A stretch of 64,000 bases of DNA from an uncultured bacterium (GCA_964412225.1 CAYPNB010000004.1:16170-80169); one strand, 5' to 3'; shown: positions 38,438 through 47,400, counted from the first letter of the stretch. The notes: generated from the sequence alone by a model not told the origin. Numbers and translations: made by a program.

Positions 38438-39067
38438 ATGCACATCTCCACCAATATCTGGACCTGGTTGGCGGTGATTCTCACCTTTGGCATTTTTTCT
38501 TTTCTCTGGAAGGACAATCCGTTTTATAAGTTCTGCGAGCATCTGTTTGTTGGGGTTTCGGTTGGCTATACGATTGCCCTGACCTGGTATAATTCGGTCT
38601 ATCCCGACCTGGTCACACCGCTATTTAGACAGGGACAGCCGCTCTATATCATTCCGTTTGTGCTTGGTCTGTGCTACTTCTCCCGGTTTATTCCGAAGGT
38701 TTCCTGGTTAATTCGAATTCCGATGGGGTTTGTCCTTGGCTGGGCTTCCGGGGTGGCGATTCCGGCTTTTTTTCAGACGAACATTATGAAGCAGATTCAG
38801 GGAAGCCTGTTGATGCCGGAGATATTTGCCCGCTGGGATGTGTTTCTCTGGGCGCTGATCTCGTTTGTGGGTGTGGTTTGTTCAGTGTTGTATTTTTTCT
38901 TCTCCCAGGAACAAAAGGGGGCGTTGAAGGTGGCTTCTGAGACCGGGATTGTGTTTCTGATGATTGGGTTTGGTGCGTCTTTCGGTTATACGGTGATGGC
39001 GCGCATGTCGCTTTTGATCGGCAGGTTTCAGTTTTTGCTCCGCGACTGGCTGGGCGTTATTAAGTAA
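38438..39067 (+). CDS. Hypothetical polytopic membrane protein D (209 aa), paralogue of gene B.
   Basis: ATG at 38438, directly after C's TAA, with GGAAAGGGGG upstream. 5 predicted TM helices. Confidence 0.45.
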   Translation: MHISTNIWTWLAVILTFGIFSFLWKDNPFYKFCEHLFVGVSVGYTIALTWYNSVYPDLVTPLFRQGQPLYIIPFVLGLCYFSRFIPKVSWLIRIPMGFVLGWASGVAIPAFFQTNIMKQIQGSLLMPEIFARWDVFLWALISFVGVVCSVLYFFFSQEQKGALKVASETGIVFLMIGFGASFGYTVMARMSLLIGRFQFLLRDWLGVIK

Positions 39068-39070
39068 GTC

Positions 39071-40624
39071 TTGATGGCGTTTCTGGGGCTGGTTTTCTCC
39101 CTGTTGGTTACCCTGACCGGGTATGACTATGTGCCGACTTCTTCCCGGATTTATGAGGACCTTGACCTGCTGAAGACTGCGGGGCTGATATCCAATTTAC
39201 CTTCCAGCAGCCGGCCGTGGACCCGGCGGGAGTGTTTTGATCTCCTTTGTGTTGCCGAGTCGGTTAAGGGAGAAAGACAGCTCAATCCGGCACAGGAGGC
39301 GGCGTTAAGGCGCTTACGCTGGGAACTGGGAAAAAAGAGTGACCAGGCCGGACAGAGAAAACCGGTTTTTGCCGTTCCGTTACCAGCCGGTGGGGTTGGT
39401 TTTGACCTTTTTAGCTGGACAGAACTGCAGCGGACAAGGCAGCTGTTTACATTAGGCGGTGTCCTTGCCAGTCAGCCAGGTGAGAGGTTCTTTTTTTATG
39501 AACGGGCAGAGTTTATCCTGTTCAATCCGGAGACGTCACGGATTTGCGATTCTACCGGCTGGCATGTTCCGGGGTTTCGCTGGGTAACGATGCGGGACCG
39601 ACTGATGCTTGATATTGAGCGGGCTTATCTCGGATGGCAACTTCCCTGGTTGAGGTTGGAGTTGGGTCGGGACGAGTTTTTCTGGGGTCCGGGTTATCTT
39701 TCTTCGGTGATGCTTTCTGATAACGCTCCGGCTTTGGACCAGGTACAGGTTGTAGTTTCCGGTCGGGGTGGAAAGTTTATTGCCTGGACCGCGATGCCTT
39801 CGCGCTGGAACGGGGAACACCGATTCATTTCCGCCCAGCGGCTGGAACTGGCGCTGGCCAGGCGGCTTTTAATCGGCGGGGCGATGTTTAACGTTTACTC
39901 CTGGGAGCGAACCCAGGATTTCAGCGGTTTGTTGAACCCGTTACTGCCCGTTTTTGGCACAATGGCGGGCACCGGACATAATGACAATCTGCTTCTGGGT
40001 AGTGATATCGTCTGCTATCTGCCCTGGACCAAGGTCTACGGTCAGATTCTGGTGGACAACTTTGAGTTCAACAACTGGCAGGTCGCGCCCAATTGCGTCG
40101 GTTTCCAGGCGGGGGTGTTCTTCGCGCCGGGGTTGCCGGTTGAGTTCCGGACCGAGTATGCGCTGGTGACCGCTTTTACCTATTATCACCGGATCTACTC
40201 AATAATGTTTGAAAACTACGCTGTGCCATTGGGGCATGAAATTGGACCGGATGCGGATAAACTGTGGGCACGGGTTTCGTTCACGCCGGTGAGCTGGTTG
40301 AAGGCTTCGGTTTGGGGGGACCTGACCCGGCGGGGGTATTTCAATCGGGGGGATTTTTTGCGGAAGAGTTTTCAGATGGAGGATACCGTTTTTCTGCGCC
40401 ATTATTACGAGTTTCCTGCGCGGGGCAGGGATTATGCCACCGGTGCGGTTATTGAAGAGGTAGAGCAGGCGGTGCGGTTCGGTCCGCAACTGGAGTTTTC
40501 CCCTTTTGCCGGTTTTTATCTTGTTGCTCAAGGGGCGGTTGTTTTTTACCGGAATAAGAACGGTGAGCGCGGGAAAAACGGCAACGAAGGAGAGTTTTTG
40601 TTCCGGGTTGAGTACCGGTATTAA
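39071..40624 (+). CDS. Outer-membrane beta-barrel protein E with an N-terminal helical plug-like region; tentatively Wzi-like (capsule assembly family).
   Basis: 517 aa. Signal peptide MMAFLGLVFSLLVTLTG. N-terminal IYEDLDLLKTAGLISNL...RPWTRRE resembles the Wzi N-terminal helix motif. Many amphipathic beta-strands. C-terminal ...FRVEYRY with terminal aromatic. Confidence 0.35.
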   Translation: MMAFLGLVFSLLVTLTGYDYVPTSSRIYEDLDLLKTAGLISNLPSSSRPWTRRECFDLLCVAESVKGERQLNPAQEAALRRLRWELGKKSDQAGQRKPVFAVPLPAGGVGFDLFSWTELQRTRQLFTLGGVLASQPGERFFFYERAEFILFNPETSRICDSTGWHVPGFRWVTMRDRLMLDIERAYLGWQLPWLRLELGRDEFFWGPGYLSSVMLSDNAPALDQVQVVVSGRGGKFIAWTAMPSRWNGEHRFISAQRLELALARRLLIGGAMFNVYSWERTQDFSGLLNPLLPVFGTMAGTGHNDNLLLGSDIVCYLPWTKVYGQILVDNFEFNNWQVAPNCVGFQAGVFFAPGLPVEFRTEYALVTAFTYYHRIYSIMFENYAVPLGHEIGPDADKLWARVSFTPVSWLKASVWGDLTRRGYFNRGDFLRKSFQMEDTVFLRHYYEFPARGRDYATGAVIEEVEQAVRFGPQLEFSPFAGFYLVAQGAVVFYRNKNGERGKNGNEGEFLFRVEYRY

Positions 40625-41265
40625 TTTTCGCCAACGGCGATTTCAATTCCGAGCGTTTTTTCAATCTCCATTTTGCCGATTTTGCCGGTGCGGAGAAGTC
40701 GGGGCGGCGCTACGGTTAAGTCAATAAGGGTGGAGGCGATTCCGGAGCCGCTGATGCCCGCATTGACCGCCAGGTTGACCTGATTGAGTACCGCCGGGGA
40801 TATTCGGGAAAAGTCGTTTGTTGCCGGTTCGCCAGAAAGGTTGGCGCTGGTGCCGGCAAGCGGGACACCAAGAAGAACTGCAATGCGGGTGAAGGCGGGG
40901 TGGTCAACAACCCGGATTCCTACAGTTTCGCCGCCACTTGTCATAATATCTGGCACCAGTGCCGAGCGGAAAAGGATCAATGCTATCGGTCCAGGCAGGA
41001 ATTTCTCGGCGATAATCCGGGCGGTTTGAGGAACGTTGCGAACAAACGGCAGCGCCTGCTCAAAACTGGCACAGTGGAGAAGTAATGGTTGGCGGAAACT
41101 TCTGCCTTTGATTAGGAACAGCCGGTGCACCGCTTCCGGTTGCCGGATATCGGCACCGATGCCGTAGACCGTTTCGGTGGGAAAGGCGATCACACCCCCC
41201 TGTTTTAATGCCGATACCGCAGCAAGGATACCGGTTTCATCGGTAGGGACAATTTTTGCGGTCAA
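40621..41265 (-). CDS. tsaC: L-threonylcarbamoyladenylate synthase TsaC/YrdC.
   Basis: 214 aa. FPTETVYGIGAD...HCAS...LAGTSANLSGEP is the YrdC/Sua5 signature. Confidence 0.85.
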   Translation of the reverse strand: MTAKIVPTDETGILAAVSALKQGGVIAFPTETVYGIGADIRQPEAVHRLFLIKGRSFRQPLLLHCASFEQALPFVRNVPQTARIIAEKFLPGPIALILFRSALVPDIMTSGGETVGIRVVDHPAFTRIAVLLGVPLAGTSANLSGEPATNDFSRISPAVLNQVNLAVNAGISGSGIASTLIDLTVAPPRLLRTGKIGKMEIEKTLGIEIAVGEN

Positions 41266-41268
41266 TGT

Positions 41269-43209
41269 TCAGGAAACCTCTGTTTGGACCTGGGGGGCGA
41301 TGGCGATTTGGGTGATCAGCAATTTTTTGTCTGCTACCGCAACGCTATCGCCAACCTTTTTACCGATAAGTTCCTGGGCGAGTGGCGACTGGAATGATAT
41401 GAGGCCTTTTTCCGGTTCAACGTCCCAGGGTCCGAGGATGGTATATTCTTGGGTGTTGCCCGAACTGTCTTGAAGCCAGACCCGGCAGCCGATTTCAACC
41501 CGGGTGGGGTCAATTTTCTCCGGCTGAATGGGCTGGGCCCGGGCGAGGTCGGCGCGGAGGCGGTCAATCTGCACCATCAGGCGGGCCTGTTTTTCTTTTG
41601 CCGCTTTGTATTCGTAGTTTTCCGAGAGGTCGCCAAAACTCCGGGCCCGGGCAAGGTCCTCGGCGCAGCGGGGCAGTTCTTCTTGGGTGAGCCGTTCCAG
41701 TTCGGCTTTTGCCTTTTTGATGCCTGCCGGTGAACTCCACAAAATATCGTTAATCGGCCTGATCTGCAGTCCGGTAAACCGGCTGGTAATAATATCGGCA
41801 ATTTCCTTCTGTTGAAACTCCTCCAGGGTTCGGTTCCGTTTGACCCGTTCCAGGAGTTTTGCCCCTTCCGGTTCGTTTAGCTGTTCCAGCGCCTGCCGAA
41901 TCAAGCGGTAATTTTCCTGGACCAGGATTTTCTTTGCCCGGTTGAGCAGCGGGCGGCTGTTTTCTATCTCCAGGAGGTCAAGGAGCCGGGAGAGAATCTG
42001 GCGCCGGGTGTCAGGGGGCGGGTTTTCTGCCACAAACAGAAAAGCCTCGGGATTTTTCCGGTAGCCAGTGAGGATGGATTCCACCAGTTGCCGGTATTGT
42101 TCCGGGGCGGTGGCCTGGAGTTTCTGGGCGATGAACGTGCGGGCCCGGTTGTCGGTTGTGGTCCGGAAGATGTGGTCGTAGAGATTTTTGTAGTCTTCCG
42201 GACGGGTGTCGGGCAGTTGCTCAAGGAAGCGCCTTCTTTCTGCGGCGGTGCGCAGTTTTTCCCAGGTGGCTAAAACCTCTGCTGGCGACATCAATTCGTT
42301 TAGAGTGCTGGAGGGTTCGTTTTGCGCTGTCCATTTGTCATTGGCGGCGGTCTTTTGCTGGTGGTCGGCGGGCGGTTGGGGAGCAGGAGACCAGCGATAG
42401 GTGCGGGTGGGTCTGGTTCCGACGACAATATGAGGGGCGCGGGAAAGTGTCCTTTTTGCCTTTTCCCATAGGGCAGCAGAGGTGTTCTGGTCCACCAGGA
42501 GTGCCAGGGCTTCTTGAATCTTTTCCGGGGTTGCCGGTTCGCCGATATCACGAAGAAAAAGGGTTATCACCTTTGCCGGGTCAGAAAGGGCGAGTTCTTT
42601 CAGTTCCTCGGGATTTTCTTGCCACCGGTAAAAGAAGCCGCCAGACAGGGGGAAACGAAACCGTTTGCTGGCGGTGAGAACATCCAGAGTTGTGTTTTCC
42701 TCGTTCTTAAAGACAACAGTTACCCGGTCAAATAACAGGTCCAGTTTCTGGACTTTGCCCAGGCCCCGCTGGGGGTCGTAAACCAGCCGGCCCGGCACAA
42801 GGTTGATAAACTGGTCAAACCGGGCTAAAGCGGTGGGGGTGGGGTCGCCATAGCCCAGCCCGGCTTTCTGCAGGAGCCGATCCAGAAGCGGCTCGTTCGG
42901 GTAAAGGTTGTGCAGACAGGTGGTTATTGTCTTGGTGAGTTTGTTGTCCTCCGGGGTCAATTCCACCAGGAGGCGAAGCACGGTCAGTTCGTCCTGGTGG
43001 CGTTTTTGGTCGGCGAGACTGGTTGCCAGGACCCATAAAAGCGGGGGCAGGGTTTCTGGTGGTGCCCAGCGCCGAACCAGTTCAATAAGGGGAAAAAGTT
43101 CTTCCAGGGGCGGGTTCAGTTCCAGCAGTTCCAGCCAGGTTGTTTCCAGTTCGGCATAACATTTGGTGCCCAGCTGGACCCGGAAAAGTTTAACCAGTTC
43201 GGCGTCCAT
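41269..43209 (-). CDS. GreA/GreB-family transcript cleavage factor with a ~490-aa N-terminal extension of unknown function.
   Basis: 646 aa. The C-terminal ~150 aa align to GreA (FGDLSENYEYKAAKEKQ; ISFQSPLAQELIGKKVGDSV). The N-terminal region is helical/repeat-like with no recognised domain. Confidence 0.7.
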   Translation of the reverse strand: MDAELVKLFRVQLGTKCYAELETTWLELLELNPPLEELFPLIELVRRWAPPETLPPLLWVLATSLADQKRHQDELTVLRLLVELTPEDNKLTKTITTCLHNLYPNEPLLDRLLQKAGLGYGDPTPTALARFDQFINLVPGRLVYDPQRGLGKVQKLDLLFDRVTVVFKNEENTTLDVLTASKRFRFPLSGGFFYRWQENPEELKELALSDPAKVITLFLRDIGEPATPEKIQEALALLVDQNTSAALWEKAKRTLSRAPHIVVGTRPTRTYRWSPAPQPPADHQQKTAANDKWTAQNEPSSTLNELMSPAEVLATWEKLRTAAERRRFLEQLPDTRPEDYKNLYDHIFRTTTDNRARTFIAQKLQATAPEQYRQLVESILTGYRKNPEAFLFVAENPPPDTRRQILSRLLDLLEIENSRPLLNRAKKILVQENYRLIRQALEQLNEPEGAKLLERVKRNRTLEEFQQKEIADIITSRFTGLQIRPINDILWSSPAGIKKAKAELERLTQEELPRCAEDLARARSFGDLSENYEYKAAKEKQARLMVQIDRLRADLARAQPIQPEKIDPTRVEIGCRVWLQDSSGNTQEYTILGPWDVEPEKGLISFQSPLAQELIGKKVGDSVAVADKKLLITQIAIAPQVQTEVS

Positions 43210-43435
43210 TTTCCCCTTTTTCGTCAGCCACTAATCGCATCGCAATTAGATTATTCACAATTTTCTTTATGTCAAGATAGTAAGCGGGTAATCGGCGATG
43301 GCCCGGGGTCTGGTGGGCGGTTTTTCCGGGTGGATTAATTCCACTTATAAGTAGAAAAATTCCAGATGGCTATTTTAGTCATAAGATTATTTTATTCAAT
43401 AGGTTAGGCGAATGGATTGCGGTTTTAGACCCCAT

Positions 43436-43456
43436 CCCCGGGGTGGTTCCCCCAGC
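43436..43456. repeat. Variant of the palindromic GC motif (CCCCGGGGTGGTTCCCCCAGC; copy 3 of 3) in the divergent region between the greA-like gene and thyX.
   Basis: Shares the CCCCGGGG(G)TGGTT core with 4640-4653. Followed by a ~220-nt G+T-rich tract. Confidence 0.4.
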
Positions 43457-43716
43457 AATGTTAGCGATTGGCGTAAAGGCTGGTGATTGGGCTGGTTTTA
43501 GTTCTGGGACGGGTGAGGTTTAAGTGGTTGTTTATCTGGCTGGAGGTGTTTTGGTTAACCGGGGTGTTTTTCGGTTAGGTTCAGTTTTGATCCGGGAAGT
43601 TGACCGTGGCGCGGTTTGTGGTTTTGGTGGCGGAGTTTAATTGCCGGTAATAATTTGGGAGGCGAGTCTGGTGCTCTATTTGACAAAGGATAGTGATTGG
43701 ATATGCTCTTAACCGT

Positions 43717-45291
43717 ATGAAGGTTAAACTCGCCGGATATAACATTGAAGAGGAGATCATCCACAATTTGACCAAGAATCGGCGAGTCACCCCGACACCG
43801 GAGACAATTGCCGCCGCCTATGCCCGGATCAGCCGGAGCGATAAGCCGGTGGCGGAGTTGCGTCAGGAGGCAAGGCGGGAGTTGCAGCGGGCCCGGCAGT
43901 CCAATCAGACAATCGTTTTTGAGATGGGGCATCATTCCATTGCCGAGCATGCGGTGTTTAACTTTGACGTTGCCGAGGTCTCCCGGCTGGCGGTGGAGGC
44001 GATTGAACATCACCGGCTTGCTGCCTTTACCGAGCGGTCGCAGCGCTATGTGCGGTTGGAGAACGAGTTTATTGTGCCACCCGAGGTGCAGGGTTCGGAA
44101 TTTCTGGTTGATTACCTTAATATTATCCGGCTACAGAATGAAACCTATCAGCGGTTGTTTGAGCGTTTGAAGGAGCATTTTGCCGCCACCCGGCCGGAGC
44201 TGAAGGAGGAGCCGGGAAAACTGGAAAACCTTGCCAAGGAGGATGCCCGTTATATCACCAGTCTGGCGACGAAGACCCAGCTGGGGATGACGGTTAACGC
44301 CCGGACCCTGGAGTTGATGTTGCGCCGGATGGCGGCGAGTGAGTTGAGCGAGGTGCGGGCGCTGGGTGAGGAGTTGTTTCATCAGGCGGAGGGTGTGGCG
44401 CCGTCGCTTTTGCTCTTTACCGGGCCAACCGATTACGAGCGGAATACCTATCCCCGTTTACGGGAGTTTGCCCAGAATTTTATGACCCGACCGTTTCCGC
44501 GCCGACCCCGCAATCTCATCGCGATGTCGGCATCGGATGTAGTGCTGGTTGACTATACCCAGAACGCCGACAATAAACTGCTCGCGGCCCTGATGCACAG
44601 CGCCTCCCGGGCTTCCTATGCCGAGTGCCTGTCCCGTTCTGAAAAGCAGACGCTGGCCCGGAAGAAGGAGATTTTTAAACTGGCCTGCGCCGACCTTCAG
44701 GCGTACGATGCGGTGCTCAGGGAGTTTGAACATCTGTATTTGACATTTGAACTGGTTATTTCTGCCGCCGCATTTGCCCAGTTGAAGCGCCACCGGATGA
44801 CAACAATTACGGCGCAGCCTTATGACCCGGATTTGGGCTGGACGATTCCGGTTTCTATTGCCGAGTTAAAGGAGCATAAGAGTTTCAAGGAGGTACTGGC
44901 GCAGACCGAGGAGGTGTACGATAAAATTTTTAGTGTCAGTCCGGCGGCGGCGCAGTACGTACTGACCAATTCCCATCAGCGCCGGGTGCTTGTGACATTG
45001 AACGCCCGGGAGATGTATCATATTTCCCGGTTGCGTCAAGACCCTTCGGCGCAGTGGGACATCCGGGATGTTGTAAGCCGGATGGTGGAGCAGGCAAGGA
45101 ATGTGATGCCGTTGGCTTTGCTTCTTGCCGCCGGTAAGGCGGATTACCCGAAGGTGTATCAGGAGCTGTTTGGCAAACCGCCCCCGATAATAAAACTGGA
45201 ACTGCCCAAGGTCCGGCAGATAAAAAGGAGAAATAATGAAGGTAACAAACGCGGCCGAACTGAAGCAGGCGGTAAAGCGGCTGGAACCTGA
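43717..45291 (+). CDS. thyX: Flavin-dependent thymidylate synthase ThyX, long form with two tandem ThyX-like domains.
   Basis: Repeat 1 GHHSIAEHAVFNFDVAEVSRLAVEAIEHHRLAAFTERSQRY aligns with the ThyX RHR...SxRY core, but RHR has become HHR. Repeat 2 FELVISAAAFAQLKRHRMTT... retains RHR but lacks the downstream S-x-R-Y. The ORF may start at the GTG at 43693; the ATG at 43717 (MKVKL...) is preferred. Confidence 0.7.
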   Translation: MKVKLAGYNIEEEIIHNLTKNRRVTPTPETIAAAYARISRSDKPVAELRQEARRELQRARQSNQTIVFEMGHHSIAEHAVFNFDVAEVSRLAVEAIEHHRLAAFTERSQRYVRLENEFIVPPEVQGSEFLVDYLNIIRLQNETYQRLFERLKEHFAATRPELKEEPGKLENLAKEDARYITSLATKTQLGMTVNARTLELMLRRMAASELSEVRALGEELFHQAEGVAPSLLLFTGPTDYERNTYPRLREFAQNFMTRPFPRRPRNLIAMSASDVVLVDYTQNADNKLLAALMHSASRASYAECLSRSEKQTLARKKEIFKLACADLQAYDAVLREFEHLYLTFELVISAAAFAQLKRHRMTTITAQPYDPDLGWTIPVSIAELKEHKSFKEVLAQTEEVYDKIFSVSPAAAQYVLTNSHQRRVLVTLNAREMYHISRLRQDPSAQWDIRDVVSRMVEQARNVMPLALLLAAGKADYPKVYQELFGKPPPIIKLELPKVRQIKRRNNEGNKRGRTEAGGKAAGT

Positions 45292-45586
45292 GATTCTAGT
45301 TACCACGCCTGAGTTGATTAAAAAGGTGCGGTTGTTGCTGGCTTTGCGGACCGCCGCCAATGTGATTGTCTTTGTCATTCTGGCGGTGGCGATATTTATG
45401 TGGGCGAATCCGCTCCGGGTTGGTTTCTTTGATACCGGGAGCGGCCGGTTGGTGCGTCAGGTTTTGCTGGGCATTGGGATTCTTTTGCTCTTCGCCGATT
45501 ATTTGATCCCGGTGGCAAGGCATTACCGGATTGCGGTGGCTGATGCCAAAGAGATAAAGTTGATTTTAAGAAGGCAAAAAGGGTAA
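45236..45586 (+). CDS. Small hypothetical membrane protein.
   Basis: 116 aa. Two predicted TM helices (VIVFVILAVAIFMW; VLLGIGILLLFADYLIPV). Overlaps the thyX 3' end by 56 nt; an alternative downstream start is possible. Confidence 0.3.
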   Translation: MKVTNAAELKQAVKRLEPEILVTTPELIKKVRLLLALRTAANVIVFVILAVAIFMWANPLRVGFFDTGSGRLVRQVLLGIGILLLFADYLIPVARHYRIAVADAKEIKLILRRQKG

Positions 45587-45603
45587 AAGCAGGAGGTGTA
45601 GAG

Positions 45604-47400
45604 ATGAGCCGGTTAACCGTTTTACCGGTTGTACTCGGGTTAGTCCTTTTTGCCACTTCCGAGTACGCCCAGTTGAACTATCAGGAGTCTTCCAGCGGAT
45701 TTTATAATAATCCGGCACTGGAGGGGGGGAGAACGGAGATCGAATTTGCCGATATCAACAACGATGGCAATGTTGATATTCTTTCAATCGGCGACCACGG
45801 TAGCCCTTATATCAATACCCAGGAGCACGGGGTAATGGTCTGGTTTGGCGACGGCAATGGCAGCTGGAGTCTTTATCAGTACGGCAACTTTGGCTACGGT
45901 GGGATTGCGATTGGTGATGTTAACTGGGACGGTAGATGGGATGTCGGTTATGGAATGCATCATAACTATTCCGGCGAGGATCTGGGAAACGATATGCTGG
46001 AGGTGGCGCTGGGGGATGGCACCGGGATGATGTGGACCGCCTGGGATGACGGTTTAATGCCCGGCGGCGCGGTGTGGGGGATGTTTTCTACCGATTTTGC
46101 CGACGTTGACCATGACGGACTGCTGGATGTTGGTTCCTGCTCCTTTGGCTACGGTGTTGGTTTAAGGGTATATCGCAACCTGGGCAACGGCACCTGGCAG
46201 CAGACCTTTGGTACTCCGGAGAGTATTAACTCGGCAATGGAGTTTTTCTTCCGGGATGTCAATCGGGATGGCAATCCGGATATCATCTGCGGCACCGCGG
46301 GTCCGGCGGTATATTTTGGCGACGGGACCGGTTGGTTTTACCCCGCTGACACCGGTTTGCCCAGATCCACTTATGGATTTGAAGGCTTGTCTCCCGGTGA
46401 CGTTGACAACGATGGCGGATGTGACCTGGCGCTGGTGAACCGTACGCGGGGTATTGAGGTCTGGCGCTGGAACGACGCGACCCGGCGCTGGGAAAACTTT
46501 TCCGGCGCCTTGCCGGTTGCCGACAGTTTCTGGGCAACGCAACTGGCGGATATGAACCGGGATGGTTTTATTGACCTGTTAGGGTTACATCGCCGTTATG
46601 TGAAAATCTGGACCGGTGACGGGCTCGGTAACTGGCAGGAGATGGTAACGGTGCCAATAAACCGCTCCACCGATTATGTTGCATTCCGGGCGGGTGCCGA
46701 CTTTGACCACAATGGCTATCCCGACTTTGCCTTGATTGTTGAGGAGGGCACCTGGCCCAATTACCGTAACTATGCCCGTGCCTTTCGGGAAACAACCCCC
46801 CGGGACAGTCTTGATATTTTTCCGGTTTTCCCGCGCGGTGGCGAGCGGTTCTGGAACGGCTCGGTGCAGTTTATTTACTGGTGGAGCGAGGTGCCCGCGA
46901 CAGATTCAAGTCGGGTGCGACTGGAGGTTTCTTTCTCCGGACCGGATGGTCCCTGGGAGTTGATTGCCGATAGCCTGCGCAACAGCGGTAGCTATCAATG
47001 GCTGGTGCCCGCAGCGGTTAGTTCGGCTAACTGTTACATTCGGTACACGGTTTTTACAGGGACACAGGTTGCCGTTGCCATTACACCCCGGCAGTTTTTT
47101 ATCGGTGACCCAACCGGTATTGAGGAAAAGGGCGGTTTTCTGAGAAAAGCGGGGAATGGTATTACCGTTATCCCCAATCCGGCACAGGGCAGGGCGAAAA
47201 TTCTATTCAGTCGCGTTTCCGCTGTTCCGGAAAGGGTGCGGCTGTGTGATGTAGCGGGGAGGGTGGTAAACGAAGTTATCGTCCCTCCGGGCAGCGGTGA
47301 GGCGGTGATTTTTACCGAAAGTCTCCGCTCTGGAACATACTTTATTATTCCGGAACACGGCGGGCATGCAAAATTGATAGTAGAAAGTGTGCTTAAATAG
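45604..47400 (+). CDS. Secreted FG-GAP/VCBS (integrin-alpha-like) seven-bladed beta-propeller protein with an Ig-like region and a T9SS C-terminal sorting domain.
   Basis: 598 aa. Signal peptide. Seven D-x-N-x-D-G-x-x-D calcium-loop motifs (DINNDGNVDI, DVNWDGRWDV, DVDHDGLLDV, DVNRDGNPDI, DVDNDGGCDL, DMNRDGFIDL, DFDHNGYPDF). C-terminus ...VIPNPAQGRAKI...LCDVAGRVV...SGTYFIIP...K is CTD-like. AGGAGG RBS. Confidence 0.6.
   Translation: MSRLTVLPVVLGLVLFATSEYAQLNYQESSSGFYNNPALEGGRTEIEFADINNDGNVDILSIGDHGSPYINTQEHGVMVWFGDGNGSWSLYQYGNFGYGGIAIGDVNWDGRWDVGYGMHHNYSGEDLGNDMLEVALGDGTGMMWTAWDDGLMPGGAVWGMFSTDFADVDHDGLLDVGSCSFGYGVGLRVYRNLGNGTWQQTFGTPESINSAMEFFFRDVNRDGNPDIICGTAGPAVYFGDGTGWFYPADTGLPRSTYGFEGLSPGDVDNDGGCDLALVNRTRGIEVWRWNDATRRWENFSGALPVADSFWATQLADMNRDGFIDLLGLHRRYVKIWTGDGLGNWQEMVTVPINRSTDYVAFRAGADFDHNGYPDFALIVEEGTWPNYRNYARAFRETTPRDSLDIFPVFPRGGERFWNGSVQFIYWWSEVPATDSSRVRLEVSFSGPDGPWELIADSLRNSGSYQWLVPAAVSSANCYIRYTVFTGTQVAVAITPRQFFIGDPTGIEEKGGFLRKAGNGITVIPNPAQGRAKILFSRVSAVPERVRLCDVAGRVVNEVIVPPGSGEAVIFTESLRSGTYFIIPEHGGHAKLIVESVLK

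Noticed and set aside
39071-40624. Firm assignment of the OM barrel as capsule assembly protein Wzi.
   Set aside because: It rests on a remembered N-terminal motif resemblance only, so it is kept tentative.
42156-42677. 173-aa plus-strand ORF.
   Set aside because: Antisense to the GreA-like gene; no supporting signals.
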